Positions 26,033 to 36,489 of a stretch of DNA of 64,000 bases are shown here, one piece after another. Both the position numbers and the translations under genes were made by a program. This DNA is from a virus: IMG/VR virus record IMGVR_UViG_3300045988_160427. One strand, given 5' to 3'. The notes below the pieces were generated by a model. The model searched no databases. It saw only the letters and a list, made by a program, of their open reading frames with translations, and had not been told where the DNA came from. Position 1 is the stretch's first letter; each line of letters starts with the position of its first letter.

Positions 26033-29000
26033 GTGGTATGTTTGGCTAGTAGCAATAATTATCATATTTTAGTTAAAGCAATATTAGATGAAAGTAATTT
26101 ACAAGGGCAAATAAATAAAGCTGCTTCAAAAATAAAGAATGTTAAAATAGGAGACGCTGGAACAAAAACCGCAACTTCTGGATTCAATAAAATGAATCAA
26201 GCGATTGACAAAACAAGTCAATCTATGAGTGATATTATCAAAAAGACTGTTAAGTGGCAGGCAGGAACGCAAGCTATTGATGCCATATATAATTCCTTTA
26301 GAAGTGGCGTTTCGGCTGTGTTTGAGTTAGATGCCGCAATGACTGAATTAAGGAAAGTCAGTGACTTAACTGGTGATGAACTAACAGAGTTTGGCGATAA
26401 AGCGTTAAAGGTTGGCGAACGTGTAGCTAGAACAGCAACTCAAGTTATTGAGGCGGCTACTGAATTCACAAAATCAGGTTTCAATGATATAGAGTCGTTG
26501 CAATTGGCTGAAGTTGCTTCGATGTTTCAAAATGTTGCGGATGAAGAAGTAAATGCAGGAGATGCGGCTTCTTTCTTGATTTCGCAAATGAAAGCTTTTA
26601 ATATTACAGCGGAAGAGTCAGAACATATAGTAGATGCGGTCAATGAGGTAGCCAACAAATTTGCTGTATCTTCTGGCGATTTAGCTACAGCGGTTCCTAA
26701 AGTAGCGGCAACCATGGCGCAAGCGGGTAATAGTATGGAACAAACATTAGGTTTGCTTACCGCTGGTGCTGAAATGATGCCAGGACAGGCAAGCCGCGTC
26801 GCTAGAGGTTTAAGAAGTATAACTTTAAATCTACAAGCCATGGATGATTCTGGGCAACAAGATTTAGAGTTATTAGCCTCTATGGAGAAAGATTTTAATA
26901 AAATCGGGATAACATTACAAGGAACAGATGGACAATTAAAATCCACTTTTGATATTTTATCAGAACTTGCAGAAGTTTGGGATACTTTAGATCAAAATAC
27001 TAAAAATTATTATGCATCATTAATAGGTGGGAAAACCCAAGTTGATGTTGTAAACAGTGTTATTTCTAATTTTGATAGTGCTTTGGGTGCGACTGAGGCT
27101 GGAATGAACTCTTTCGGATCAGCGGCTAGAGAAAATGCAGCCTATTTGGATTCTATCGAAGGTCGTATGTCTGCTCTTACGGCTCAATTTCAAAGATTCT
27201 TTACAGAAGGTATTAGTTCTGATTCAGTAAAGAATGTTCTGGGTTTGGCAACTGCCATTTTAGAGGTGGTAAATTCCATTGGTGGTTTACAAACATTTTT
27301 ACCTATTATAATTAGTTTTGCAACCATTTTCATAGGGAAACAATTTCCTAACGGTGTTAATAATTTAAAAAATAGTTTTACTAATTTATTACAGCCTTTG
27401 AAGGACTTACCGACTGCTATAAGCTTGGCAATAGGTGAGTTTACCAGATTAAAATCTAGTGGTGTGTCTTCTTTTTCTGCACTGGCAGGATCGGCATCTA
27501 GTTTCTTTAGTTTAATTGGTCCTGGGGCAATTATAGGCATAGGAGCAACTTTGTTTAGTGTTATTAATGGTGTAATTAATGCACAAGAAGAAGCTCATGC
27601 GCAAATGATACAAGATGCTGAACAAAAAAATTCCGAACTAAAAAGGCAAAGAGAATCTTTAGAAAAAGAAATTGCTTCCTATCAAGAATTAGCGGAAAAA
27701 AGGAATGATAGTTCTTCTGATACTGAAAGATTAAAATACAATGAAGAAATAGCACAAGTTCAAGAGAATATCGTTGATTTAGTTGGTGCTGAGGCCAATG
27801 GATTGGATTTAGTTAATGGAAATTTAGATGAGCAACTTTCCAAACTTGGTTCTCTACATGAAATTTTAACGGATAATCAAAAATTACAATTAGAACTTTT
27901 GATGCAAGATGCTGAAACAGATTATAATGAATCTCTTGGAAGTATGGAGCAATTTTATGATGAAATTGCCACTATAACAGGGAAAACAGAAGAAGAGATT
28001 AGATCAGCTTTTGAATCTGGGTCTGATGAGATTTATGATTATATTTCCCAAACCAATAAAGAATTACAAAGACAAGCAAAAGAAAATGATAATTTTTATT
28101 TAGCAAATAATTTTGCTAATATGTCTCAAGACTTTTTAACAAAACAAGAAGCATATTATGATTATCAAAATCAATTGTTAGAAGCGAGCACATATGAACA
28201 AGAACAGATTCTTTCTGATTTCATCAATGAGCGAGATGATTTATTCGCTAATGGAGAAATTGATTCCAAAGAGTCCTTGATGAAATTAGTAGAAGCTATC
28301 AAAGATGGAACATTAGACGTTGGTGAAGCAGCTCTTGAGGCAGGGGTTGATGTCAACACTTATCGTCAAAGGTTGCTTGAGCTTGTAGAAGAAAAATATG
28401 GTGCCAAGTTTGCTAATTCAATTTCCGAACTAAGGACAGTTATAAATGCTGAAGGTGAAGAAATTACTGCGGCGGCTACAGGTTTTGCAAAAAAAATAGA
28501 AGAAGCTTTAAAAATAGAACCAGAAACAGCTTCTTTAGAGACCTCAGTAGAAGGATATAAAAAATTATTAGAGAATGTTTCTTCGGGGAATTGGGGAGCT
28601 CAAACACAAGAGTTAATGTCTCTATTTTTTGGTGAAGATTGGGTTCAACAATTTGATGGAGATTTGGAAACCGCTGGCAAACATGTTAAAGAGAAATGGG
28701 GTTCTTTTTTTCAATACTTCCAAGATGGCAATTTTGGGAATTTTGCAAATATTATACAAAATTCTGGCGTTGATGCTGCTCTAGCATCTGTCGGTGCCGA
28801 TGGTAGTTTAAATATAGATTTTTCTAGGTTGGATGAATTAGCTGCGAAACTTGGTGTTTCCAAAGAAATGCTAACCACCATTATGAAAGCATATGAACAG
28901 ACTGGTGGAGTTATTAATTACGAATTAGATGATATGATTGCTCGTGCTGAGCAATTGGGATTAATTACGGAAACTGCTTCTGGTAATTTTATTTCTTTGG

Positions 29001-31090
29001 GAGCTAATGCTCAAGAAGCTTTAGGCATGACCGATTTACAATTTGCGAATTTTAAAAAACAACTACAAGAGGCTGGATATCAAATTTTAGACTTAAATTC
29101 TTCTACGGATGACTGGTTATCTGTGCTAGAGGGAAATCATATTGTGGAAGTTATTGGAGATGCTAAAATTGGTGATTTGCCCTCTCTTGTTGCTTACTTG
29201 GAAGATTTGGGTTTCACTGATTCACAAATACATGATGTTGTTAATAATTTACAAGTAACAGCTGGTGTAACTTTTAATGCTGATGGGAGTGAAACAACAC
29301 CTGAACAGGTTCAGTCTGAGATAGATAAGCTCGACCAAGAAGAAGCAAATGTTTATGTATTGGTCGGCGTGGAAGGGGAAGAACAAGTTGATTCCGCAAA
29401 GGAAAAAATTGATTCTATACCAAATCAACAAACTAAAACAGTAACCATTAATGTTAAAACAAAAACCACAGGTCCCTTTTCTACGGAAAAAACAATAGAT
29501 GATATAGCCAGAGAAGCAGGATATGGTCGATTTTTAACCGAGGGAAACTGGACAGGAACTTCAGCGAATGGTGTGCCCAAAAATGAATTATCCTGGTTAG
29601 GAGAAAAAGGTCCTGAATTAGTAACTGATAAAAAGGGTAAAAATGCTTATATAGCTGGATTAAATGGAGCAGAACTGGGTTATCTTCGTAAGGGTGATGT
29701 AGTTTATAATGCTAAAGATACTAGGGATATTTTAAGTGGTGTTGGTAACGTAGAAGGATTAGGAGATATAGATGAAAATTGGTCTGCTCCATCCGTGCCG
29801 AAAAAGAATACTAATACTGGAACCACGTCTACTAAAAAAACATCTTCGTCTTCTTCGAATAATAATTCATCTTCTGATTCTGATGCTGAAAGAGAACAAG
29901 AAGAGGCGTTAAGAAGACAGAAAGAAAATTTTGAAGATGCATTAGATTATATTCAAGATTTAGCTGATAAAGAGATAGAAGCATTAGAAGAGCAAAAAAA
30001 AGAAGAACAAGAGTATTGGGATGCCAAGATAGAGGCATTGCAAAAGCAAAATGAGGAACTAGACAAACAACTTGAATTAGAAGAAGCGTTAGAAAACCTT
30101 GCTAAAGCACAAAATACAAGAGTTAGAATATATAGAGAAGGCCAAGGCTTTGTTTATGAAAGCGATATGGCCGCTGTTAATGAAGCACAAAAAGAATTAG
30201 ATGATATAAAAAGAGAACAGGCCTATGAAGAAGAATTAGAAAATTTAGAGAATCAAAAAGAAGCGGCAGAAGAAGCGATTGATGCACAAATTCAATACTG
30301 GGAAGATTACAAAGAATTATGGGAAGATGCTGCTAATTCTTATGAAAATAATCAAAAGCGTTTAATTGCTGAACAGTTATTTGGATTAAATCAGGAGCAA
30401 GAAAATTGGGAAAAACGTCTGGGGAATTTACAGAGTTTTGTAGACCAATATAATGCTATTCTGCAACAATTGGATGACAACTACATTTCTCCAGGCGGTA
30501 GTGGTTCTTCTGTTGGCACTGGGAAGGTTTCTAGTTCTAGTGGCACATTAAAGTCAGGGAGTCGTGGTGATGCCGTCAAGGCCCTACAAAATGCCTTAAA
30601 TTCGTTGGGGTATGGAAATTTAGCTGTGGATGGAATCATGGGTTCAAAAACAGTAGCAGCCCTTAAAAGATTCCAAAAAGATTCTGGAATTAGTGCAGAC
30701 GGGATAGTTGGCACTAATACTCGAAATGCTTTTGCTGCTAAGGGTTTTGCGTCTGGGAGTTCGTATATTCCCCGCAATATGATAGGGCGAATAAACGAAG
30801 ATGGTAGCGAACTTTATATTCCACCTGAACAAAATATTTTGGCTCCACTTAGCAAGGGTGCTGGAATTGTCCCACATACCTTGGCACAAAATTTAATGGA
30901 AATTGGGAAATATCATCCTTCTCAATTGTTGAACGCTAGTGCTGTAAGTAATAAAGATAGCATTAGCAAAAACAATTATTTTAATTTTGATAAGCTCGTT
31001 TTGCCTAATGTAACCAATGCTGAATCATTTGTTTCTACACTAAAGAACAATTTTATGTCAACTGCTATCCAGGTTGGGAGTTTTAGATGA
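26033..31090 (+). CDS. tail tape measure protein with C-terminal peptidoglycan-binding (PG_binding_1) domain
   Basis: 1685 aa with long coiled-coil regions (EEALRRQKENFEDALDYIQDLADKEIEALEEQKKEEQEYW...). C-terminal GSRGDAVKALQNALNSLGYGNLAVDGIMGSKTVAALKRFQKDSGISADGIVGTNT. GTG start with GTGAGGTG RBS. Confidence 0.85.
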   Translation: MVCLASSNNYHILVKAILDESNLQGQINKAASKIKNVKIGDAGTKTATSGFNKMNQAIDKTSQSMSDIIKKTVKWQAGTQAIDAIYNSFRSGVSAVFELDAAMTELRKVSDLTGDELTEFGDKALKVGERVARTATQVIEAATEFTKSGFNDIESLQLAEVASMFQNVADEEVNAGDAASFLISQMKAFNITAEESEHIVDAVNEVANKFAVSSGDLATAVPKVAATMAQAGNSMEQTLGLLTAGAEMMPGQASRVARGLRSITLNLQAMDDSGQQDLELLASMEKDFNKIGITLQGTDGQLKSTFDILSELAEVWDTLDQNTKNYYASLIGGKTQVDVVNSVISNFDSALGATEAGMNSFGSAARENAAYLDSIEGRMSALTAQFQRFFTEGISSDSVKNVLGLATAILEVVNSIGGLQTFLPIIISFATIFIGKQFPNGVNNLKNSFTNLLQPLKDLPTAISLAIGEFTRLKSSGVSSFSALAGSASSFFSLIGPGAIIGIGATLFSVINGVINAQEEAHAQMIQDAEQKNSELKRQRESLEKEIASYQELAEKRNDSSSDTERLKYNEEIAQVQENIVDLVGAEANGLDLVNGNLDEQLSKLGSLHEILTDNQKLQLELLMQDAETDYNESLGSMEQFYDEIATITGKTEEEIRSAFESGSDEIYDYISQTNKELQRQAKENDNFYLANNFANMSQDFLTKQEAYYDYQNQLLEASTYEQEQILSDFINERDDLFANGEIDSKESLMKLVEAIKDGTLDVGEAALEAGVDVNTYRQRLLELVEEKYGAKFANSISELRTVINAEGEEITAAATGFAKKIEEALKIEPETASLETSVEGYKKLLENVSSGNWGAQTQELMSLFFGEDWVQQFDGDLETAGKHVKEKWGSFFQYFQDGNFGNFANIIQNSGVDAALASVGADGSLNIDFSRLDELAAKLGVSKEMLTTIMKAYEQTGGVINYELDDMIARAEQLGLITETASGNFISLGANAQEALGMTDLQFANFKKQLQEAGYQILDLNSSTDDWLSVLEGNHIVEVIGDAKIGDLPSLVAYLEDLGFTDSQIHDVVNNLQVTAGVTFNADGSETTPEQVQSEIDKLDQEEANVYVLVGVEGEEQVDSAKEKIDSIPNQQTKTVTINVKTKTTGPFSTEKTIDDIAREAGYGRFLTEGNWTGTSANGVPKNELSWLGEKGPELVTDKKGKNAYIAGLNGAELGYLRKGDVVYNAKDTRDILSGVGNVEGLGDIDENWSAPSVPKKNTNTGTTSTKKTSSSSSNNNSSSDSDAEREQEEALRRQKENFEDALDYIQDLADKEIEALEEQKKEEQEYWDAKIEALQKQNEELDKQLELEEALENLAKAQNTRVRIYREGQGFVYESDMAAVNEAQKELDDIKREQAYEEELENLENQKEAAEEAIDAQIQYWEDYKELWEDAANSYENNQKRLIAEQLFGLNQEQENWEKRLGNLQSFVDQYNAILQQLDDNYISPGGSGSSVGTGKVSSSSGTLKSGSRGDAVKALQNALNSLGYGNLAVDGIMGSKTVAALKRFQKDSGISADGIVGTNTRNAFAAKGFASGSSYIPRNMIGRINEDGSELYIPPEQNILAPLSKGAGIVPHTLAQNLMEIGKYHPSQLLNASAVSNKDSISKNNYFNFDKLVLPNVTNAESFVSTLKNNFMSTAIQVGSFR

Positions 31091-31123
31091 AATTCTCAAT
31101 CTGGATAAAAAAGAGGTATAAAA

Positions 31124-31369
31124 ATGAACAATGAAAAAATGGCAATGATAGAAATAATAAAAGGAATAGAGTATTTAATAAACAAAAATGATAGAAGTAC
31201 TAAAATTTATACTGGAATGATAGAAAGTATAGACAATAATACTTATACTGTTAAAGTAAATGGAAAGAATTATCAGTTACCTTTATATGGTAACAACACA
31301 TTGTCGGTAGGAAGTATTGTTAAAGTATTTATTCCACAAAACAATATGAATTTAGCTTTTATCATGTGA
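31124..31369 (+). CDS. hypothetical tail protein
   Basis: ORF following TMP. Confidence 0.35.
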   Translation: MNNEKMAMIEIIKGIEYLINKNDRSTKIYTGMIESIDNNTYTVKVNGKNYQLPLYGNNTLSVGSIVKVFIPQNNMNLAFIM

Positions 31370-31384
31370 AAGAGTTGATATTAA

Positions 31385-31765
31385 ATGTTTTGTTGTGAAA
31401 ACGTTTTAAAAGGGGCAAACAGGAGTCCCCGCATAAAAGATGGAAAAATTTATTGGTATGAAGGAGATACATTTCTATGGTCGATGAAATTTGTTATCAA
31501 GAAATGTGATGGAACAGATTATATTTTACAACCAACCGATAAAATAACAGTAGAATTTAAAAAGAATTTACATACTCCTGATAATATTTATAGTTTTGAG
31601 TTTCAAAATCAAGAATATCCTGACAATACAATTACAATGGAATTTACTTCTGAAATAACATCTTTGTTTCCATATGGATTTTATAAAATAGGAGTAAAAT
31701 TAGAAGATGATGATATTACGACTCTTTTACCAGCAACAACCATATGTGTAGAGAATGTGGTGTAA
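31385..31765 (+). CDS. hypothetical tail protein
   Basis: ORF following TMP. Confidence 0.35.
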   Translation: MFCCENVLKGANRSPRIKDGKIYWYEGDTFLWSMKFVIKKCDGTDYILQPTDKITVEFKKNLHTPDNIYSFEFQNQEYPDNTITMEFTSEITSLFPYGFYKIGVKLEDDDITTLLPATTICVENVV

Positions 31766-31767
31766 TT

Positions 31768-32148
31768 ATGGAAAACATGATTATTTTGAGTGAAGAAGGA
31801 AATTGTGTTACTGATGTTGTTGTAGAATTTAATCGAAGTCGTGTTGTATATAAAGAAGGAGATTATAATAATTTAGAGAACTTACCTAGTATTAATGATA
31901 CTATTTTAATGGGTAATAAAAGCTCTAGTGAACTAAAATTACTTGGTGAGTTACATAAATATGATACTTATTTAGAATTTCCTTCTATACCTGATAGTAA
32001 TTATGTGAATGATATTTTTCTTGATGTTTCTGAAAATATGATATATAGATGGGATTCACAAAATTTAAAATACTACTGTATTGGTTCTGATTATAGAAAT
32101 ATAGAAGTTATTAATGGAGGTAGAGCAATTTGGCACAAAGACAATTAA
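31768..32148 (+). CDS. hypothetical tail protein
   Basis: Start set at MENMII (31768) just after the previous stop. Confidence 0.35.
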   Translation: MENMIILSEEGNCVTDVVVEFNRSRVVYKEGDYNNLENLPSINDTILMGNKSSSELKLLGELHKYDTYLEFPSIPDSNYVNDIFLDVSENMIYRWDSQNLKYYCIGSDYRNIEVINGGRAIWHKDN

Positions 32149-33443
32149 CAAGCAGAATTATTATAAGAAATGACACATCCGCTAATTGGAAATTGGCAAA
32201 TCCAGTTTTATTAAAAGGTGAAATTGGAATTGAAACAGATACAGGTATAGCAAAATATGGTGATGGCGTTGTAACATGGGATAAAGCCCCAGAGCTAAAT
32301 GCTTCTACAACCGTCGTAAAAAATGCGGCACCTACATCAAGTGATAGTGGGTATAAGTTAGGAACATTATGGCTAGATACGACTAATTCAAAGGCGTATT
32401 TGATATACAACAATACCGCTTCTGAGGCTGTATGGAAACAATTAGTCACACCAGACGATTTGTCAGAACTAGGCGCTGGCGACATGCTTAAATCACAGTT
32501 TGCTAACAATCCTAAAGCTGAACAAGGATATGTAAATGCGTCTATTAAATCTGATACAACAGATGCTATAAAAAATAGTACTCCTGATACATCAAACAAT
32601 TTAACTCTAAATGATAATGCAAGTGGAGTTGACGCAGATACAAATAATGCTTTGTGGTCTGCGAACAAAATTAAGGGGTTAATAGACCAAAAATTAGATG
32701 TAAATGGAACTGTTTCAGGTTCTAATGTTTCTGTTACTCCCCCAAGTGGTATGGATACAAGTGCAACAAATGCACAACTTGCTATTAATGATTTACAGGA
32801 ACAAATTTCTGAAAAACAAGATAAAATTACTCTAACTGCTGATAGAGCGGTAATTACAGGTAGTGGTGGCGAATTATCTGTTAGTGCTGTTACGTCGACA
32901 GAGTTAGGATATTTATCAGGGGTAACAGGAGGAATACAAGAGCAAATTGACAACATCCCAAAGTATAATTTTGTGACTGGTGTTGCAATCAGTGTCGCAG
33001 ATGGTACGAAGCAAACTGCGATTGATACGGCGGCTATAGCCAAAATTAAAGAAGCGCATGAAAGCTCAGAAAAGTGGGATGCTTGCGACGTTCAAATCAC
33101 TTTTACTCCGTCTGATGTTGTAAAAGATGCTATTTATTATTATAATGGTACTGATTGGGTATTTTTACATTATTCTACAACGGGAGTACAAGTTGCTAAT
33201 GGTTCAACTGCTGGTATTGTAGAAAGCTCTGAGGATATTAGTTTTGTTAATGGGAAAGGTACGGTTTCTCCTAATTTTATTAAAGTCACTCAAATTGCTA
33301 GTATTTCTCAAGTTGGTGTTGTTAAAGCATCTAATGCGGGAAATGGTGTATCTGTTGCCTCTGATGGTGCCATGACTGTTGGAAGTGATGTTTTGCTTGC
33401 AACGGATACTTTTGTTTTGAATGGTGGAACTGCGACTGTATGA
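32130..33443 (+). CDS. tail fibre protein with conserved phage-fibre N-terminal module (MAQRQLTSRIIIRNDT...KGEIGIETDTG...GDGVTTW)
   Basis: N-terminal module resembles streptococcal-phage hyaluronidase/tail-fibre N-terminal repeats. Long Ser/Thr/Ala/Gly-rich shaft. Confidence 0.55.
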   Translation: MAQRQLTSRIIIRNDTSANWKLANPVLLKGEIGIETDTGIAKYGDGVVTWDKAPELNASTTVVKNAAPTSSDSGYKLGTLWLDTTNSKAYLIYNNTASEAVWKQLVTPDDLSELGAGDMLKSQFANNPKAEQGYVNASIKSDTTDAIKNSTPDTSNNLTLNDNASGVDADTNNALWSANKIKGLIDQKLDVNGTVSGSNVSVTPPSGMDTSATNAQLAINDLQEQISEKQDKITLTADRAVITGSGGELSVSAVTSTELGYLSGVTGGIQEQIDNIPKYNFVTGVAISVADGTKQTAIDTAAIAKIKEAHESSEKWDACDVQITFTPSDVVKDAIYYYNGTDWVFLHYSTTGVQVANGSTAGIVESSEDISFVNGKGTVSPNFIKVTQIASISQVGVVKASNAGNGVSVASDGAMTVGSDVLLATDTFVLNGGTATV

Positions 33444-33463
33444 TTATATAAGGGGACATAAGG

Positions 33464-33790
33464 ATGGCACAAAGACAATTAACAAGTAGAATTATTATAA
33501 GAAATGATACAGACAATAACTGGAAAACATCTAATCCTGTTCTATCAAAAGGTGAAATTGGAATTGTTACAAGTGTTCAGCCTTATAGAATAAAAATAGG
33601 GGATGGGGTTTCTAATTGGGAAACCCTTCCCTATTTTAAATTAGAGGAACAATATGTAGAAGGATTAGTAGATAGTTTATCAGAGTTAAATAGTATGATT
33701 TCTTCTAACACTCAAAGAATAGAGGACAATACTACGCGAATTGATGCTTTAGAGCAAAAAGAAGATAGATTTACTTATGTAACTATTTAA
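33464..33790 (+). CDS. short tail fibre-related protein carrying a second copy of the N-terminal fibre module
   Basis: First about 55 nt are near-identical to 32130-32185 (MAQRQLTSRIIIRND). Confidence 0.45.
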   Translation: MAQRQLTSRIIIRNDTDNNWKTSNPVLSKGEIGIVTSVQPYRIKIGDGVSNWETLPYFKLEEQYVEGLVDSLSELNSMISSNTQRIEDNTTRIDALEQKEDRFTYVTI

Positions 33791-33806
33791 GAAAGAAGGT
33801 GGGAAA

Positions 33807-35006
33807 ATGGCATTGGTGAAACCAGTGTTAAATACTGTTGATTCATTTGATGCAATAAATCAACAAGTGTTTACTTTTAATTATAACGGGGCAGAACAAA
33901 TAGTAAAAAACAAATTAACAATTCGAGAAAATTTAAGGAATGAAGTTGTTTATTCTCAGTCTCAAAATGGTTTGAAGTATGAGCATATTCTTCCTGCTAA
34001 CACATTAAAAAATGGCACTTATTATAATGCTTATTTAACAGTGTTTGATTCCAATGACACAGAAAGTCCTGAAAGTAATGTTGTTCAATTTTATTGCTAT
34101 GCTACACCTTCTTTTATATTAACAAATATGCCAACAGGAAATGTTATTGAAAATGCGTCATATAATTTTACCTTTCAATATACTCAGTCTCAAAATCAAC
34201 CATTAAATATTTATGTGGTAAATTTATATGATAGTAATAAAAGATTGTTAAGTAGTAGTGGAGATTTGTATGCAGGAAGCACAAATGTTCCTTTAGATTT
34301 ATCTTATACTATTGCTGGGTTTGATGACGATACTACATATTACATAGAGATTACAGGCACAACTATAAATAATTTTTCTTTTGGGTCTGAATTAATTGAA
34401 TTTACTGTTAATTATACAAGACCCAATATGTTTACATTACTAGAAATTACAAACTTGTGTAAAGAGGGTTATATAAACATAAAGTCAAACTTGATAAGTA
34501 TTGACGGAGAAACAAATGCTAACCCGCCAAAATACATAGGAAATGAAGAAATTGATTTAACAGATGATGGAATATGGGCTAAGTGGACACAGGGTTTTGA
34601 AATTAACGGAGGATTTACCTCAATGATATTGGGGCGTTCTTTTAATCCCTATACAAATATTGTTACTTATTCTAACACTAATGGGGATAAGATTGAATTA
34701 TTTTATCAAAAAGGTTATAATGAGAATGATGAATATAAAGATTATGTATCAGCTAAAGTTACACCTTTGAATGGGTTATCATATTATATTTATAGCAATT
34801 ATATAAATGAAGCGAATGGTTTGGAATATGTATTTATTTGGTTCAGAAGAATACAAAATCTTTATGAGCTACAAATAGAGAACTTAGGAATTGACAATGA
34901 TAGATTACTATATTATATGGATACGTTAAATCCTGATGTATATTTTGTTGATTCTGATAATTCTTATTATATTGGATATTGGGAGGGGGTAAACCATGGC
35001 AAGTGA
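33807..35006 (+). CDS. hypothetical tail/baseplate protein
   Basis: 399-aa ORF, beta-rich. Confidence 0.4.
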   Translation: MALVKPVLNTVDSFDAINQQVFTFNYNGAEQIVKNKLTIRENLRNEVVYSQSQNGLKYEHILPANTLKNGTYYNAYLTVFDSNDTESPESNVVQFYCYATPSFILTNMPTGNVIENASYNFTFQYTQSQNQPLNIYVVNLYDSNKRLLSSSGDLYAGSTNVPLDLSYTIAGFDDDTTYYIEITGTTINNFSFGSELIEFTVNYTRPNMFTLLEITNLCKEGYINIKSNLISIDGETNANPPKYIGNEEIDLTDDGIWAKWTQGFEINGGFTSMILGRSFNPYTNIVTYSNTNGDKIELFYQKGYNENDEYKDYVSAKVTPLNGLSYYIYSNYINEANGLEYVFIWFRRIQNLYELQIENLGIDNDRLLYYMDTLNPDVYFVDSDNSYYIGYWEGVNHGK

Positions 35007-35580
35007 CCAAACAAAACTATTGGCATCGGTTGATAGTACTGTTTCTATGTTGACCTCTGATGGTTTTATCATAAATAACAATCAAAATATTAAACAAATT
35101 GAATTACAAGATATACAATCTTTATGGAAAGCGGATATACAAAGCGCCATTCAATCTGCGATAAGCACTTTTACTAATTCCTTTTTCCCGATTGGAACAG
35201 TTATTATTCTTGATTCTGCCACAGCAAATCCTAATACTTATTTAAGCGGTACTTGGGAAAATATAGCATCAGGCAGTTTTCTAGTAGGGGTAAATAGTAA
35301 TGATGATGATTTTTCTACTACAGGAAAAACAGGGGGCGAAAAAGAAGTAACCTTAACTGTATCTGAAATGCCTAGTCATAATCATGGATATAACGGAGTT
35401 AATACAGGCGCTAAAGTAACGGCTAAGTTTGGTGCATATCCTATTCGTTTATATCAAGATTATGCTGCTAACTGGTGGGGGCCAGGTAGTACAAGCGGAA
35501 TTTCTTCATCAGGTGGTGGAGAAGCTCATAATAATTTGCCTCCTTACTATTGTGTTTATTATTGGAAAAGAGTGTCTTAA
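34996..35580 (+). CDS. phage tail collar domain protein
   Basis: C-terminal ...MPSHNHGYNG...GGGEAHNNLPPYY matches the tail-collar-domain pattern (lPxHxH ... H-N-x-PP). Confidence 0.5.
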   Translation: MASDQTKLLASVDSTVSMLTSDGFIINNNQNIKQIELQDIQSLWKADIQSAIQSAISTFTNSFFPIGTVIILDSATANPNTYLSGTWENIASGSFLVGVNSNDDDFSTTGKTGGEKEVTLTVSEMPSHNHGYNGVNTGAKVTAKFGAYPIRLYQDYAANWWGPGSTSGISSSGGGEAHNNLPPYYCVYYWKRVS

Positions 35581-36486
35581 ATGTTTGAATTTTTGAATTA
35601 TAATTTTTTTTCAGACAAAAATTGTTTAGACCCAGTACCAACTTCAATAGAAAATATTACGCAGGTTCAAATTCAAAATGGAATTTATGACGAGGTATAC
35701 ATTACAAAGGATGTAGAATCTTCTTATAGTACAAATATACCAGAATGGGATTACAATACAATTTTTGATGCTAAATTTCATAATAATTTAACAGCAGGCA
35801 ATTTAGATTTTTTGTCTACACAAATTTCTGAAATTAGAGTGAAAAGGCGTGTAAAGGGTACATTTAACTGGATAACTGTGGGAATATTTGAGGTTCATAG
35901 CTTTTCAGATATTACTAATTTAGTTTTTAATGATTATTTCAATAGGAATAATGTAGAATATGAATATGCTTTTGTGCCAGTAGTAGAAGGTATTGAGGGA
36001 CAATATATTATAAACGATGTCTTTAGTCAATTTGATGGTATTTTTATTGCGGATATAAATTCTATTTATAAATTTTATTCAGACGTTAGCTATGGTTCTT
36101 CTACCAGGGTACAAAAAGTGGGTGTTTTTGAGCCGATTGGCAAAAAATATCCTATTATTGTCTCTAATTCATTGTTGAATTATAATACTGGTAGTGTAAC
36201 AGGGAATATTCTTCCAAAAGATTATTTAATTAACAGAGTTTTGGATAGATTTGAAATGGTGGAGGAACGCAAGGCAATAGAAGATTTTCTTACAACTAAA
36301 ACTGCTAAAGTCTTAAAAGACTGGAATGGGAATATTTGGTGTGTTTTTGTTACTGATTCACCTACTGTAAATTATGTAGCCAATTATGGAATGGGAATAT
36401 CTTCCGTTAGTTTTTCATGGACGGAAATTGGAGATTTAGATAACCAAGAAGATTGGGATACAAATAATTTAGTAAAGGAGGGATAA
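35581..36486 (+). CDS. hypothetical baseplate protein
   Basis: ORF in the baseplate region. Confidence 0.4.
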   Translation: MFEFLNYNFFSDKNCLDPVPTSIENITQVQIQNGIYDEVYITKDVESSYSTNIPEWDYNTIFDAKFHNNLTAGNLDFLSTQISEIRVKRRVKGTFNWITVGIFEVHSFSDITNLVFNDYFNRNNVEYEYAFVPVVEGIEGQYIINDVFSQFDGIFIADINSIYKFYSDVSYGSSTRVQKVGVFEPIGKKYPIIVSNSLLNYNTGSVTGNILPKDYLINRVLDRFEMVEERKAIEDFLTTKTAKVLKDWNGNIWCVFVTDSPTVNYVANYGMGISSVSFSWTEIGDLDNQEDWDTNNLVKEG

Positions 36487-36489
36487 TGA

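Noticed and set aside
26527-30889. Several minus-strand ORFs (26527..26946, 27190..27540, 28171..28359, 30481..30777, 30644..30889) inside the tape measure gene
   Set aside because: All embedded antisense within one continuous 1685-aa ORF with clear TMP features. No RBS or start context.
32111-33043. 310-aa minus-strand ORF antisense to the tail fibre gene
   Set aside because: Ala/Ser/Val-rich low-complexity translation lying entirely inside the plus-strand fibre gene in a strictly plus-strand operon. Typical antisense artefact of a Ser/Thr/Ala-rich gene.
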